Shown here in pieces: positions 51,643 to 64,000 of a stretch of DNA of 64,000 nucleotides. Each line of letters opens with the position of its first letter. Position 1 is the stretch's first letter. Under the pieces are notes generated by a model. That model saw only the letters and a program-made list of their open reading frames with translations, had not been told where the DNA came from and did not search any database. Both the position numbers and the translations under genes were made by a program. Origin of the DNA: Octopus vulgaris (lineage: Eukaryota); the NCBI GenBank assembly GCA_951406725.2, contig OX597826.1, positions 1,798,001-1,862,000 of the forward strand, read 5' to 3'.

Positions 51643-52579
51643 CCTTTTGTTCCCTTCTGCTGTTTTTCTGTGGATTGCAAAATAAAACAATAAGGGACGC
51701 TTTCTTTTTGATGATTTTCCAATGAGGGCTTAATTGCTCGTTCTTTTTCAATTTTCTTTTTATCACAGTGACAGCGAATCTATAATGATTAGCTGAAGCT
51801 TATTATCTGATAATTATCACTCTCGAGTCGTTTATGTATAATCATTCGATTGAGTTTATTAGTAATTATCATTAAGAAGCGGTTAATTAAGAATGATTAG
51901 CTATGGTTTATTACCAAGTTGTTACCCAATGACAGTTTATTAATGAACCTTGGTTAGAGCCTGCAATCATAGTTAATTAATAATTAACATCCCGAGTTCA
52001 TTACAAATTATGATATATTTATTAATGCTATCTCCTTATTTTGTATTTTATGTCACTTTTCGTGTACGATAATGTCATTGGTTACAAACTTCTTGCTGAT
52101 GTCTACACCTTCCACCAAAGCAAAAACATACATTCATACAAATGATCACGACATCTGGGATTATAAAAATCTGCAAGGCCTTAAGATTTACAAGATGATG
52201 GTTAAAACAAGATACTTACCTTCACAACTTTAGATGGCCAGTCAAAATTTACTCAAAATTAAAGAGAAAGAGAACATAGATAGATAGATAGATATATGGA
52301 TATATAGGTACATGCATACATACATAGATCCAAAAAGTTTATCATTTAAGTATATATGAGCATGTCTAGACATGCAACTAAATGCATGAGAAGACACATA
52401 AAACAAAACATACAAATTTCTGCACATAAACATGCATATAAAAATACCCTGTTGATGTCGAAATTCCAATGAAGCAACCCTAGGGCCGGCCCTGATACAT
52501 ACATACATGCATGCATACATGCATACATACATACATGCATACATACATACATGCATGCATACATACTTGTAATCCAAGA

Positions 52580-53000
52580 ACAGGAAGGATATGAGTTTGA
52601 AATCCAAAGACAAGAGATTATAACAAAGTACTTCGTTAAGAAAAGAGACAATGAAGCTCTTGGAGTCCCAAGATGAAACCGAAAAATGAAGATTATGTCG
52701 AATTTCTGTGAAAGACTTCACACAATTGGTCAGCGGTTGTCCCGAAATATCAATATACTGCTTCCCTATGCGACACGATGTTGTCGCTAAAGCAATATAC
52801 GATGCCATTCGAAAACTAAGACTGTCCGGGAATTAAAAAATAAAGAAAACAGAGGACCCGTCTGTTATTGAATACATACATAAACATCAACATTGCGAAT
52901 ATTGGTGGAACATTCCCATGAAAACTTCTACCAAACATAACAGGCGGATATATTTGTTTGGAACAGATAAGAAAAAGCGAGTACCGTCATGGAGGTATCA
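52580..53000 (+). mobile_element. R4/Dong-like LINE remnant (zinc knuckle, RHD motif, start of RLE)
   Basis: [59 protein letters not shown]. Confidence 0.72.
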
Positions 53001-53836
53001 CTAAGTTCATTCTTAGCTCTGTAGCATTGTTCTGTAAGTGGTATGTCTCACTCACTCACTCACTCACTCACCTCCTCTTTCTCTCTCTCTGAAGATATCT
53101 GTGATGCTCTTAAGAAAAGCTCCCGTGTTGTTTATTCCATTCTAGAATCAATGATTGTGTGAGTCTTCTACTTGAATACTCACCAAACACTTGGGGAAGG
53201 TCCTCACACAGCGTACTAATGCTCGGTTATACATATTTGCCTGACCCCCCCTCTCACCAAAACATCCGTTCGGACAAAGATGATGACAAGATGGCCATCG
53301 TTTTGCAATCTCTGAAGAGTTTCCAGGAATACGTTGAAATTCAAAATTCTAATCCCACCAAATATTATGAAGAAATGATTATCTCCCTTGTAATAACAGT
53401 CCACTAGTGCTAAAGAAGAACACATGTTATCCTATATGGGTGCTATTTTGGCGTGTGATCTACAAAGGTGATTACTTTAGGTTACTTTTTAGTTAACTTT
53501 TCAATTTCTAAAAACCCGTAAGATGTTGGCTAAAGATTTTTACAATGTAATCAGCGACGAGATGAAGGTAATTGCATTTTTACAAGAAACCAGCTCTAAA
53601 TTCACATCATTTCTTAAAAAAAAGAAAGGTACCACTTTGGTGTGTGATCTACAATTTAAAGGGAGATTACTTTGGATTACTTTTTAGTTTACTTTGTGTT
53701 AGTGCTACTTTCCGTGTGATCTATGTGAGCAAATTTATTTTGGTGAATGATCTACCGCTTATTTTAATTATCATATGGTTTTGTTATCAAAATAGCAAGA
53801 ATTTTGAAAAAAAAACGCATTTATAATGTTAAGTAT

Positions 53837-54355
<519 letters not shown>

Positions 54356-54936
54356 CAGGTACAAAATAATTTTAAAAGTAATCTAATGTAATCTCCCTTG
54401 TACATCACACGCCAACGTAGCATCCCGATATGATCTCACCTTTTCACAAGACAGCAGGTTGTAACACAAGCGAGGTCTTACTGCTATTTCTAGCTATTCT
54501 AACAGGTCGAGCAACCACCAAGAATTATTCCCTTTTTGCTTATAAACAGCAACCTTAGACAACAAGAATCTATTAGTTAGTAGCTATCAGGTTGTGAAGT
54601 GACATTTCAGCCGTGATATGTGTAAACGACTAGCTTTTGCAGTAAGGAGCAGGATTTTTAATTGAATGTTATGTAATAGCTGTTGGCTAATGTCTGAACA
54701 CATCTATTAGTGGTTTATCAGCAGCCGTTTGGTGCCTGTAGCTAGAGAGAGACGAGTGCAGGGTGTAGCGATATGCGAATACGTGCGTGAGCGAACTTGT
54801 TAGATGTGTAGCTATGCGATGTATACTTGAGACTTATTAGTTATTAAAAACATTATCTCTGAGTATGTTCACGCGTGTCTGAATGTCATATATATATATA
54901 TTATATATATATATAGAGAGATAGATAGATAGATGT

Positions 54937-54979
<43 letters not shown>

Positions 54980-55255
54980 TGTATATGTATGTATATGTAT
55001 ATGTAGGTATATATATGTATGTATGAATAAGTATGTAGGTATATTTATATATATATATTTATTTATGTATATGTATATGTATGTGTTTTATTTGCTGGGT
55101 CTGGCGGATGAAGAAGACAGGACCCTTCTTCGTGGGAGTCTTCGTGGGTCTTCTAAGACCCGTGGAATCGATGCAATCCTGTAATTAGTTTTGCTCGAAG
55201 TTTAATCAACACTTAAAAAAAAAATAAAATAAAAAAAGAAAGAAAAGGAAATGAA

Positions 55256-55620
55256 GCGCTGGCGTGGCTGTGTGATAAGAAGCTTGCTTTCCAAGCCACA
55301 TGGTTCTGGGTTCAGTCCCAATGCGTGGCACCTTGGGTCAACCAAAATTTTCTGAGTGGATTTGGTAGACGGAAACTGAAAGAAGCCCGTCGTATATTTA
55401 TATACATATGTATGTGTGTGCGTCTGTGTTTGTCCACTTGCCATCACCTGACAACCGGTGTTTGTGTGTTTACGTCCCCGTAACTTAGTGATTCGGCAAA
55501 GTAGACCGATAGAATAAGTATTTGGCTTAAGAAATAAGTCCTGGGGTCGATTTGATCGACTAAACAGACCTTCAAGGCATGCTACAGCATGACCGCAGTC
55601 ATATGACTGAAACAAGTCAA
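55256..55620 (+). mobile_element. SINE family A copy with an internal deletion
   Basis: Head to tail present; tail stem cagtc-atat-gactg. Confidence 0.88.
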
Positions 55621-56399
55621 ACGAATAAAAAAATAAAAAAAAGAATGAGAGGGAAATCCAGAGAATCGAAATCCTGGAAAGGAAGGAAGGAAGGAAGGAA
55701 AGAAGGATAGTTGTTGCCTTGGAATGGGTTATTACGGATTAATAGTTTATCAATGTTGTCACGAGTGTCGTTGCCGTTGCAACTCGACATTTCGGGAAGG
55801 ACAAGGACGAGCAGGGACAGGGCAGAGCGTTGCGATCTGCGCCGAGAAAAAAACCTATTTATTACTCGATAGCATCATTGGTACACGGCACCGTCAGCAG
55901 AGGGGGCGACGGTATAGGGAAGTGCCAAAATCAGGAGAGAAAGAAGAGAATGTACCGTTGCTTAGGATGTATCTAGACGATTGCATTCCTCATAACTAGT
56001 GTGTGTGTCTGCATGTGAGTGCTTGTGTGTGTGTGTCTATCTATGTGTGTGTATGTGTTTATGTGTCTATGTGTGATTGTGTGTGTGCGTCTATGTTTGT
56101 GTGTGTACGTGTGTGGCTGCGTGCGTGCCTGTGCGTGTTTGTGGAAGTGTTTATCTGTTTGTGTGTGTGTGTGTATGTGTGTGTATATTTCTAGAGGAAA
56201 TTAGGGTGCAAGCTAGAAGGTACACCCACACAGACACACACACACACGTGAGTATCGAATGTCTCCCCTCCCTCTCTTGTAGATGTTCTGGAACAGGAGA
56301 CATACTGCTTATACTAGTTCGGTGCAGAAATTTCTGGTAATTTCAATATCGACACGAATATAGCCACCACCACCACCACCACAACCACCACCCTACGCT

Positions 56400-56570
56400 C
56401 TTCTTCTTCTTCTTCTTCTTCTTCTTCTTCTTCTTCTTCTTCTTCTTCTTCTTCTTCTTCTTCTTCTTCTTCTTCTTCTTCTTCTTCTTCTTCTCGTTCT
56501 TCTTCTACTTCTCCTTCTCCTCCTTCTCCTCCTTCTCCTCCTCCTCCTCCTCCTCCTTCTTCTTCTTCTT
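56400..56570. repeat. (TTC)n/(TCC)n microsatellite
   Basis: Directly visible. Confidence 0.95.
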
Positions 56571-57420
56571 CAAGTGGACGATGTCGATGACGTCCATAAT
56601 AACGATGATGCTGATGATGATGCTGATGATGACGACGATTGACAAATGTTGATGATGATGATGATGATGATGATGAGGACGACGACAGGTGGTGATGATG
56701 AATACTTCGGTACTAAAGGTGGCAGCGGCACAGGTGTCAGCAGACGGTGGGGCGGGGGGGGGGGGGGTACAACTGTTGTTTTTGTTGTTGTTCTCGTTGG
56801 TGTTTAACCCGCAGATCATCATTCATCGAGCAGAACAACAATAAAAGACATTCCAACCGTGCCCATCAGAGGTGTACGGAACCCAAGATAACTTTACTAA
56901 ACGTGTAACATTTTTTTCATGGGTGATTTTCAGGAAGATTTGATTGCTATTTCTAGCAGAATGATTGACCACGTAGAGGCGCCTTCGTTGGTTCGGCCTG
57001 GAAAGGCGACTGCTGCAGCCTGGGCGGTATTGCAATGGTATTAGAAAAATAGCTGCTATCATTCGATACCAAAATTCGCCTTAATCGAAGAAATCTATCG
57101 ATCAGAGACAGCGGTTTCCAAAATAAAATATACTTGGTTCTTCCCTACCATTCATTTAATTGCTTCAGTTTTTGGACTACGGCCATGCTGCAGCAACAAT
57201 TAACTTTGCTTTTTTAAAGTGTCTGGTACCTGTTCAATCGGCCTCTTTTTACTGAACCGCTAAATTACGGGGATGCAAGCAAAACAACACCGGTTGTCAA
57301 GCAATGGCGTACGAACAAACACAAAGGTACTTATACATACATGCATGCACGCATCCATATATATATACACACACATATATATGTATATATATATATGTGT
57401 GTACATATTTATATATATAT

Positions 57421-57803
57421 ACTAGCAGTATCGTCCGGCGTTGCTCAGGTTTGTAAGGGAAATAACTATAAAGCATTTTTAGAGAGTTATAGCCAAAAAA
57501 TAGCAAAAAAATGGAAAAAAATGATGGTAAATTTTTTTTTAGTTAAAAAAGGTGGAGTTGCGTCCGCTAGACAGTTTGCGATTTGTGTTTCTGATTCTCG
57601 ACCCCATGTCGAATTTATCGATTTTTTTCAGAACTGGGGGAACTTTTCAAAATTTTCGCTGCGTTAGTTTTGAATTATGACATTGGGCTATGTGTGTGTC
57701 AAGTTTCATCAGAATCGGTTGAAAGCCGTGGTCAGAGTGAGGGTACGAGAAAACAGACACACAGAAAACGCACAGACAAACTGCCGTTTATATATAGAGA
57801 GAT
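57421..57803 (+). mobile_element. Helentron/HINE-like element
   Basis: actagcagtatcgtccggcgttgctc...aagtttcatcagaatcgg...acagacaaactgccgtttatatatagaga; inverted near-copy at 60765-61139. Confidence 0.65.
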
Positions 57804-57835
57804 ATATGTACGTATATATATGTCTGTCTGTCTGC

Positions 57836-58034
<199 letters not shown>

Positions 58035-58042
58035 ACTTTCTA

Positions 58043-59590
58043 TGGATCGCTGCCTTATACAGCGGCATCCGCTCAGTAGTTCGCGTAAATGGTCATCTAT
58101 CCAGACCTTTTAACATCATGCGTTCGGTTCGTCAGGGATGCCCCCTCTCATCGCTGCTGTATGTACAGACTCTTGAGCCACTACTGCGGAAACTGGCGAC
58201 GCTGAGGGGCATCCCACGAGAGCTGGGATGCGGGAGGAGCGTGTCTGCATACGCGGATGACGTCACCGTCATAGTGTCGAGCTACGAGCACATCGAGCTG
58301 GTCGGCGAGACACTGAAAGAATACGAAGCGGTAACGGGAGCAAAAATTAACCGGGAAAAGTCAGTGGGCTTGCGGCTCGGCACCTGGAGAAGCAAGCCCA
58401 TGCCGTCCAACAGCGTCTCCATCGTGGGACGCTGGACGGACGGACCGGTTAAATTGCTCGGGGTCTGGTTCGGTCCGGACCTCCAAATGGAGAAGAACTG
58501 GGGCGAGATAACGACTAGGGTGGCTACTCTCACCCAGAAATGGACTGAGAGAAAGCTATCCCTAAAAGGTCGGGCGGAGGTGGCGAACGCGTACATCGCA
58601 TCCGTCATCGAGTATCGTCTGACCGTCGTACCTTGTCCCGACCCTACCATCACCAAACTGGAACGCATACTCTTCCGCTTCTTGTGGAAGGGAAACGTTC
58701 CGATGGTTAGGCGATCCATTTGCTGCCAACACCCGCTAAATGGAGGGCTGGGCATGCCGTGGTTGATGATGCGCAGACATGCGCTGAGACTGCGACATCT
58801 CCGGCGCTTCATAGACAACGGTGAACAGGGGTGGTCGCCTTTTGTGCAGCGCGCTTTCCCGCAGCTCGTCTCCTTGGACGAACTACAGTCATGGATCAAG
58901 CAGAGACCGAGGCTAGGCGAATGGCGCCGCGAGTGTCGCGTTGCTCTCAAGCAACTCTGCCGTCCGGGATCGAACTTGTGCGACTCCATCGCAACAAAGG
59001 CATTCTATAGAGGATTAGTGGAGGGGAGGTGCGACGACGAACTCGGGCAGAGTCTGGGCGTCGACGAGGAACACCTGACCCGCCTGTTCAGGACAACTTT
59101 CGGGCCGGGACCTATGAACAATCACCAAAGATCCCTGGCCTGGCAGTGCTATCGAGAAGCATTACCTGTTCGGGATAAGCTCTACAGACACGGTTCCAGA
59201 CACACTGGACCGACTTGCCCGAGATGCGGTCAGAGCGACGAAACCGTTCTGCACGCACTCGTGCAATGTCCAACCATTTTCGACATGTGGGCTTATGCCG
59301 AACGGCTGCTGTCACGTGTGGGACGAATCTGCCTATCGGCCGAGTCTATCTTGAGAATTGCTCCGCCCCCTCCCCTCAACCGGGAAGGCAAGGCAGTTTT
59401 CATCGTACTGGTGGCCATGGTGAAAGAATGTGTGTGGTGGACTCGAGCGAAAGGATTAGAGACAAACACTTACCTCTCTGGCCAATCGCTCATCAACTTT
59501 TTCAAGTACCACTTGAAAAGGAAGGTGAGAATGGAGAGGGAAGTTTTGTCTCGCGAAAGATTCAAAAAAAGAGAAAGAGAGCATTTTTGA
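58043..59590 (+). CDS. Tx1/L1-clade ORF2 C-terminal half (RT C-terminal domains plus zf-RVT); 5'-truncated, no native start
   Basis: Uninterrupted frame with RQGCPLS, YADD, LLGVWF, GGLG and CPRCGQSDETVLHALVQC (CCHC). The upstream part of the tracked ORF is microsatellite read-through. Confidence 0.9.
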   Translation, partial: WIAALYSGIRSVVRVNGHLSRPFNIMRSVRQGCPLSSLLYVQTLEPLLRKLATLRGIPRELGCGRSVSAYADDVTVIVSSYEHIELVGETLKEYEAVTGAKINREKSVGLRLGTWRSKPMPSNSVSIVGRWTDGPVKLLGVWFGPDLQMEKNWGEITTRVATLTQKWTERKLSLKGRAEVANAYIASVIEYRLTVVPCPDPTITKLERILFRFLWKGNVPMVRRSICCQHPLNGGLGMPWLMMRRHALRLRHLRRFIDNGEQGWSPFVQRAFPQLVSLDELQSWIKQRPRLGEWRRECRVALKQLCRPGSNLCDSIATKAFYRGLVEGRCDDELGQSLGVDEEHLTRLFRTTFGPGPMNNHQRSLAWQCYREALPVRDKLYRHGSRHTGPTCPRCGQSDETVLHALVQCPTIFDMWAYAERLLSRVGRICLSAESILRIAPPPPLNREGKAVFIVLVAMVKECVWWTRAKGLETNTYLSGQSLINFFKYHLKRKVRMEREVLSRERFKKREREHF

Positions 59591-59865
59591 TCTCATGTGG
59601 TTATTTCCTCCCTGACTGGGGTTCCCGTGGTCTTTTCTGTAGGCTTTTCTTCCCACGGATGAACCCAATCTTGTTATATCAATGTTTACATCATTATTTC
59701 TGTGATACACGATTTCCTTTTTTTCCCCTTTTTTTTCCTCCTCTCGATCCCTTTTGATCGCAATCTTACATTTTTTTTCATTTTTTTTCCACCCTCGAAA
59801 AGAAAAGCTCTGCATTTGTATTTGTCCCCTCTGTATTCAGCCCTGTGTGGCTAATAAAAGAAAGT
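58044..59865 (+). mobile_element. Young 5'-truncated Tx1-like LINE inserted in (CTAT)n
   Basis: 15-bp TSD tatctaactttctat at 58029-58043 and 59866-59880; AATAAA at 59853; (CTAT)n on both sides. Confidence 0.93.
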
Positions 59866-59875
59866 TATCTAACTT

Positions 59876-59995
<120 letters not shown>

Positions 59996-60764
59996 ACTGT
60001 CTGTCTGTCTGTCTATCTATCCTTTTTCTTTTCATCTCAAACCTTTCTGTCTAAGAGCGTTTAGACTCGAAACGTCAAAAACCTTTCTCTTCTTCTCGAG
60101 TGTTAAACTAACACACCTGCGTGTTGCTTCTTCACCTGTCTTCGTCTTGTTTTCTGTAAATATGAAATATATGGAACAAGAACGCAAAGCATCCAGACAG
60201 TTAGGTGATGCAAAAAAGGGACAACAAAACATCCAGACACACGATACAAAGAAAACAAGGACTGGTCATTCGGAGTTTTCTCAGTCGAGTTCCAGATTAT
60301 TTTTGCAATTTCGGCTGGTTATACTCGAGATTGCTCCAATCTGGCCAGCCCCAAGGAAAAACTAAGCTAAGAGCATTAGATTCCTTGGAAGAAAGCAGCG
60401 AATGTATACGAAAGCAAGGGCGGGAAAAATTTGTATCAACGATATTCCGATCACGGCACGTGTCAACTGAAGACACTGACAAAATTGAGTTACGATGAAA
60501 TGAAAACATTCCAACCGTGACCATGCAATCTGTTGAAAAGTTTCTAGGACTACATTAATGTGTCCTACCTATTTTCTTTATAAAATGATAAGGTTTCATG
60601 TGAAGTTAAACTGGCTATTATTTCCAGCAGGTCGATCATAGACATTCGCTCCTTCTTTGGATTCGTGCTTCTTATTATCCAACATGTCCGCCATGGTTCT
60701 TTTTGAGAGTAGTTTGGTTGCTATTTCTAGCCTGTAGTACGACTATATAGTGCTTCACTCCCTC

Positions 60765-61139
60765 ATCTCTCTCTATATAAACGGCAGTTTGTCTGTGTGT
60801 CTGTTTGGTTGTACCCTCACTCTGACCACGGCTTTGAACCGATTCTGATGAAACTTGACACACACATAGCCCAATGTCATAATTCAAAACTAACGCAGCG
60901 AAAATTTTGAAAAGTTCCCCCAGTTCTGAAAAAAATTGATAAATTCGACATGGGGTCGAGAATCAGAAACACAAACCACAGATGGTCTAGGGGACGCAAC
61001 TCCACCTTTTTAACTATCAAAAAAAATTTACCATAATTTTTTTCCCCATTTTTTTGCTATTTTTTGGCTATAACTCTCTAAAAATGCTTTATAGTTATTT
61101 CCCTTACAAACCCGAGCAACGCCGGGCGATACTGCTAGT
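60765..61139 (-). mobile_element. Helentron/HINE-like element
   Basis: Reverse complement of 57421-57803. Confidence 0.65.
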
Positions 61140-61266
61140 TGGTTCATATTTCTTGTCTTACATTATCCAATTTGTCCTTCTTTGTTTTCATTTGAAAATG
61201 ATTTAGCGGCTATTTCTTGCAGATACGACCGCATATAGACAGAGTCCTTCATTGCCTCATGCTACT

Positions 61267-61497
61267 TATTTCTTCGTTGCCCTCAAGGGGCTAAACATAG
61301 AGGGGACAAACAAGGCCAAACATTCGGATTAAGTCGATTACGTCGACCCCAGTGCGTAACTGGTACTTAATTTATCGACCCCGAAAGGATGACAGGCAAA
61401 GTCGACCTCGGCGGAATTTGAACTCAGAACGTAGCGGCAGTTGAAATACCGCTAAGCATTTCGCCCGGTGTGCTACCGATTCTGCCAGCTCGCCGCC
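61267..61497 (-). mobile_element. SINE family B full copy
   Basis: Reverse complement of family B, including the Tx1-type tail. Confidence 0.9.
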
Positions 61498-61924
61498 CTT
61501 ACCTCATGCTTCTTGCCAGACATAACCCAGTATAATTCCCTTTCATTTGAGGGAAATTTAGCTGCTGTTTCTGATAGGTGCGACCACGTAAAGGTACACT
61601 TCTTCATTGGTTTATGCTACATGCGTAACATTATCCAACGTCCTTCCTCGGTTTCATTTGAAGGTAAACTTAGCTGTTATTTCTAATATGACGAGAGACT
61701 AGGCAGGAGTAACCTTGTTAACTCGTAAAAACCGATTAAAGTGCGTGCGTGCGTATTGATATGGTGTGTTGCTGGTTTCCTTGTTTACCCTACAATCAGT
61801 GTCTGTATATACAGTCTCCATAGCCATACAAGACTATCTTTCTACAGTATCTCTGTAACCGACTCCATTTTTGTTTGTAGATCAGCCCGATTTTTCTGAT
61901 TTTATAAACACGTAGATAAGATAC

Positions 61925-61966
<42 letters not shown>

Positions 61967-62202
61967 TATATACAGAGAGAGAGAGAGAGAGAGAGAGAGT
62001 GAAATACGTGTTACATATATACATATATATACACACAAGCGTATATATGCACATACACAAAAATATATACACATAGAAAACATACATATGAATGTGTGTA
62101 TGTGTCGGTATACACACACACACATACACCTATATGCATATACACATGTACCTGCTTATGTATAATAGTATATATATAGATACATATATACATATATATA
62201 TA

Positions 62203-62233
<31 letters not shown>

Positions 62234-63063
62234 GTATGTATATATATACATACATGTGTGTGTGTATATGTGTGTGTGTGTATATATATGTGTGTGTGTG
62301 TGTATATGTGTGTGTGTATATATATATATATATACACACACATCATTATAACAAACATTTGCAAATGTATACAGAAATTGACAACGTCTTACGTAAATTA
62401 ACAACATGGCCAGTCACGTGACTAGGCGTGACGAGAAGATCCCAAATGATGTAAAGTAGCCAGCCAGCCCCTTATTTATTCAAGAAATACTCGCCTACAT
62501 TTTGTAAAAGAAAAAAAATTCCATTTTCTTTTTCTTTATAATTGCTTCGTCATGGTAACGAACCTGCCAGAAAACCTCTACGATCGACGCCCGTCATTCC
62601 AGAAATAGCAGCCAAACCTTCTTCAATTTAACTCACATGCAAAAAACCCGCGAGGAGATGCTTATATAATATGGCCGTGTATACATTATTTCAACCAACC
62701 TAAATCGTGATTATGAGTAACCACTGCTTTTCGCCATTACTTCGTTATTTATCTTGATCGGGCGATCTACCAGAGCAAACTGGTCAATGTTGGCTGAATT
62801 ATATATAAAGCTATAAGCTTTGTCAGTTCGTTCAGGGTTTCTCCTCTCAGGTACATCTGATCGACAAGAGTCAATAAACTCGAAACATCGATGTCTGAGA
62901 TTCCCGAGAGAGGGCGACACACCATTTTACCATAAGAGAAATTTTTCTCCACGGTAACTGCAGTGTGTTTGCCATTAGCAGTTGAAATACGAGACAAATA
63001 TATTTCAGCTAACCTAAATTGGGATTATTCGTAAACACTGCTTAGCGCATTTACTCCGATATA

Positions 63064-63135
<72 letters not shown>

Positions 63136-63240
63136 TACACACATAAGAAATAATGTCTCTTATTATAGAAACAAAAGGATACACAAACACACATACACAC
63201 ACACACACTCACATACATACACACACACACACACACAAGT

Positions 63241-63565
63241 GAAGGCGCATGGCTCAGTGGTTAGAGCGTCGAGCTTACGACCGCGAGGTTGTGAGTTCGA
63301 ATCCCGTTCCGGGCTGCGTGTTGTGTTCTTGAGCAAGACACTTTATTTCACATTGCTCCAGTTCACTCAGCTGTAGAAACGAGTTGCGACGTCACAGGTG
63401 CCAAGCCGTATCGGCCCCTTTGCCTTTCCCTTGGATAACATTGGTGGCGTAGAGAGGGGAGGCCGGTATGCATGGGCGACTCCTGGTCTTCCATAAACAA
63501 CCTTGCCCTGGGAGGGTAACTTTCTAAGTGTAATCCCATGGCCAGTCATGACCGAAGGGGTTCTC
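63241..63565 (+). mobile_element. SINE family C full copy
   Basis: gaaggcgcatggctcagtggttagagcgtcg...gagttcgaatccc (good A/B boxes); body cttgagcaagacactttatttcac. Confidence 0.85.
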
Positions 63566-63734
63566 AGCAGATATACACACGACGGGCTTTCAAACCCCTG
63601 CTTGTTGTTCCTGCACTTGTCTTCGCCTTTTCTTTTCTGTGCACTTGAATTATACCAAAATTGGTATTAAAATCCATATTCCTTTTACAAATTTATTGGA
63701 ACAAATGTTCTTTATTTTATGGGAAAATGAAAGT

Positions 63735-64000
63735 AAATCTTCATATTCCTACGTAAGCACCGGTGGCTTCAACCAGTTTCCTCAAACGTCCGGGGATGGA
63801 ATGAACAACATTCTGAAAGACGTCATCTGGGATATCATTGAGAACCTCCTGAATCCGTGTCTCCAAGTCCTCGGTGTGCGGGGTTTTGTCTTGCGCCCCA
63901 CACATAATAATCAAAGGGTTGTAGTCTGGGATGTTAGGTGACCAGCTGTTATGGGTGATGTAGTCGCAGAAATTGTCTGACAGCCATGACTGAGTTCTCC
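63735..64000 (-). mobile_element. Tc1/mariner (maT/DD37D-like) transposase C-terminal remnant, continuing past the window edge
   Basis: Minus strand TQSWLSDNFCDYITHNSWSPNIPDYNPL(D)YYVWG..FQNVVHSIPGRLRKLVEATGAYV, with a frameshift. Confidence 0.75.

Noticed and set aside
52205-52280. Minus-strand micro-exon with donor AG|GTAAGT
   Set aside because: The acceptor is weak (GAG), the exon is very short, and there is no other support.
55893-55910. CTCF-like motif cagcagagggggcgac
   Set aside because: Spacing deviates from the consensus and it is a single instance.
62711-62997. Short minus-strand ORFs in unique sequence
   Set aside because: No recognisable motifs or convincing splice sites.
63241-63310. 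tRNA gene
   Set aside because: A/B boxes are present, but the sequence continues into a SINE body shared with other copies and lacks a proper acceptor stem.

Overview
This is repeat-saturated eukaryotic DNA, probably intronic or intergenic. The SINE families and extreme microsatellite density suggest an Octopus genome; this is inferred from recalled repeat families, not from a search. No complete host gene is visible. Nearly all ORF-track entries (YI/HT/MYVC/YLSI repeats) are microsatellite translations. The real coding traces come from transposons: two Tx1/L1-clade LINEs (5.2-7.1 kb, decayed; 58.0-59.9 kb, 5'-truncated with an open ORF and a 15-bp TSD inside a (CTAT)n array), R4/Dong-like, CR1-like and RTE-like LINE ends, a Penelope GIY-YIG remnant and two Tc1/mariner transposase remnants. 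Non-autonomous elements include three tRNA-derived SINE groups, pogo/Tigger-type MITEs, Merlin-like MITEs carrying TTAGGG repeats, and Helentron-like elements. The most notable signals are: (1) several unrelated families of minimal type I hammerhead ribozymes in Penelope-type short elements, often beside (TA)n tracts and often as inverted pairs, including a 330-bp palindrome with one hammerhead per strand; (2) two SINE-LINE tail partnerships, one with a Tx1 3' end and one with a CR1-like 3' end whose stem-loop shows compensatory changes; (3) one candidate host exon (7145-7364, minus strand). All structures were read by eye and coordinates are approximate.
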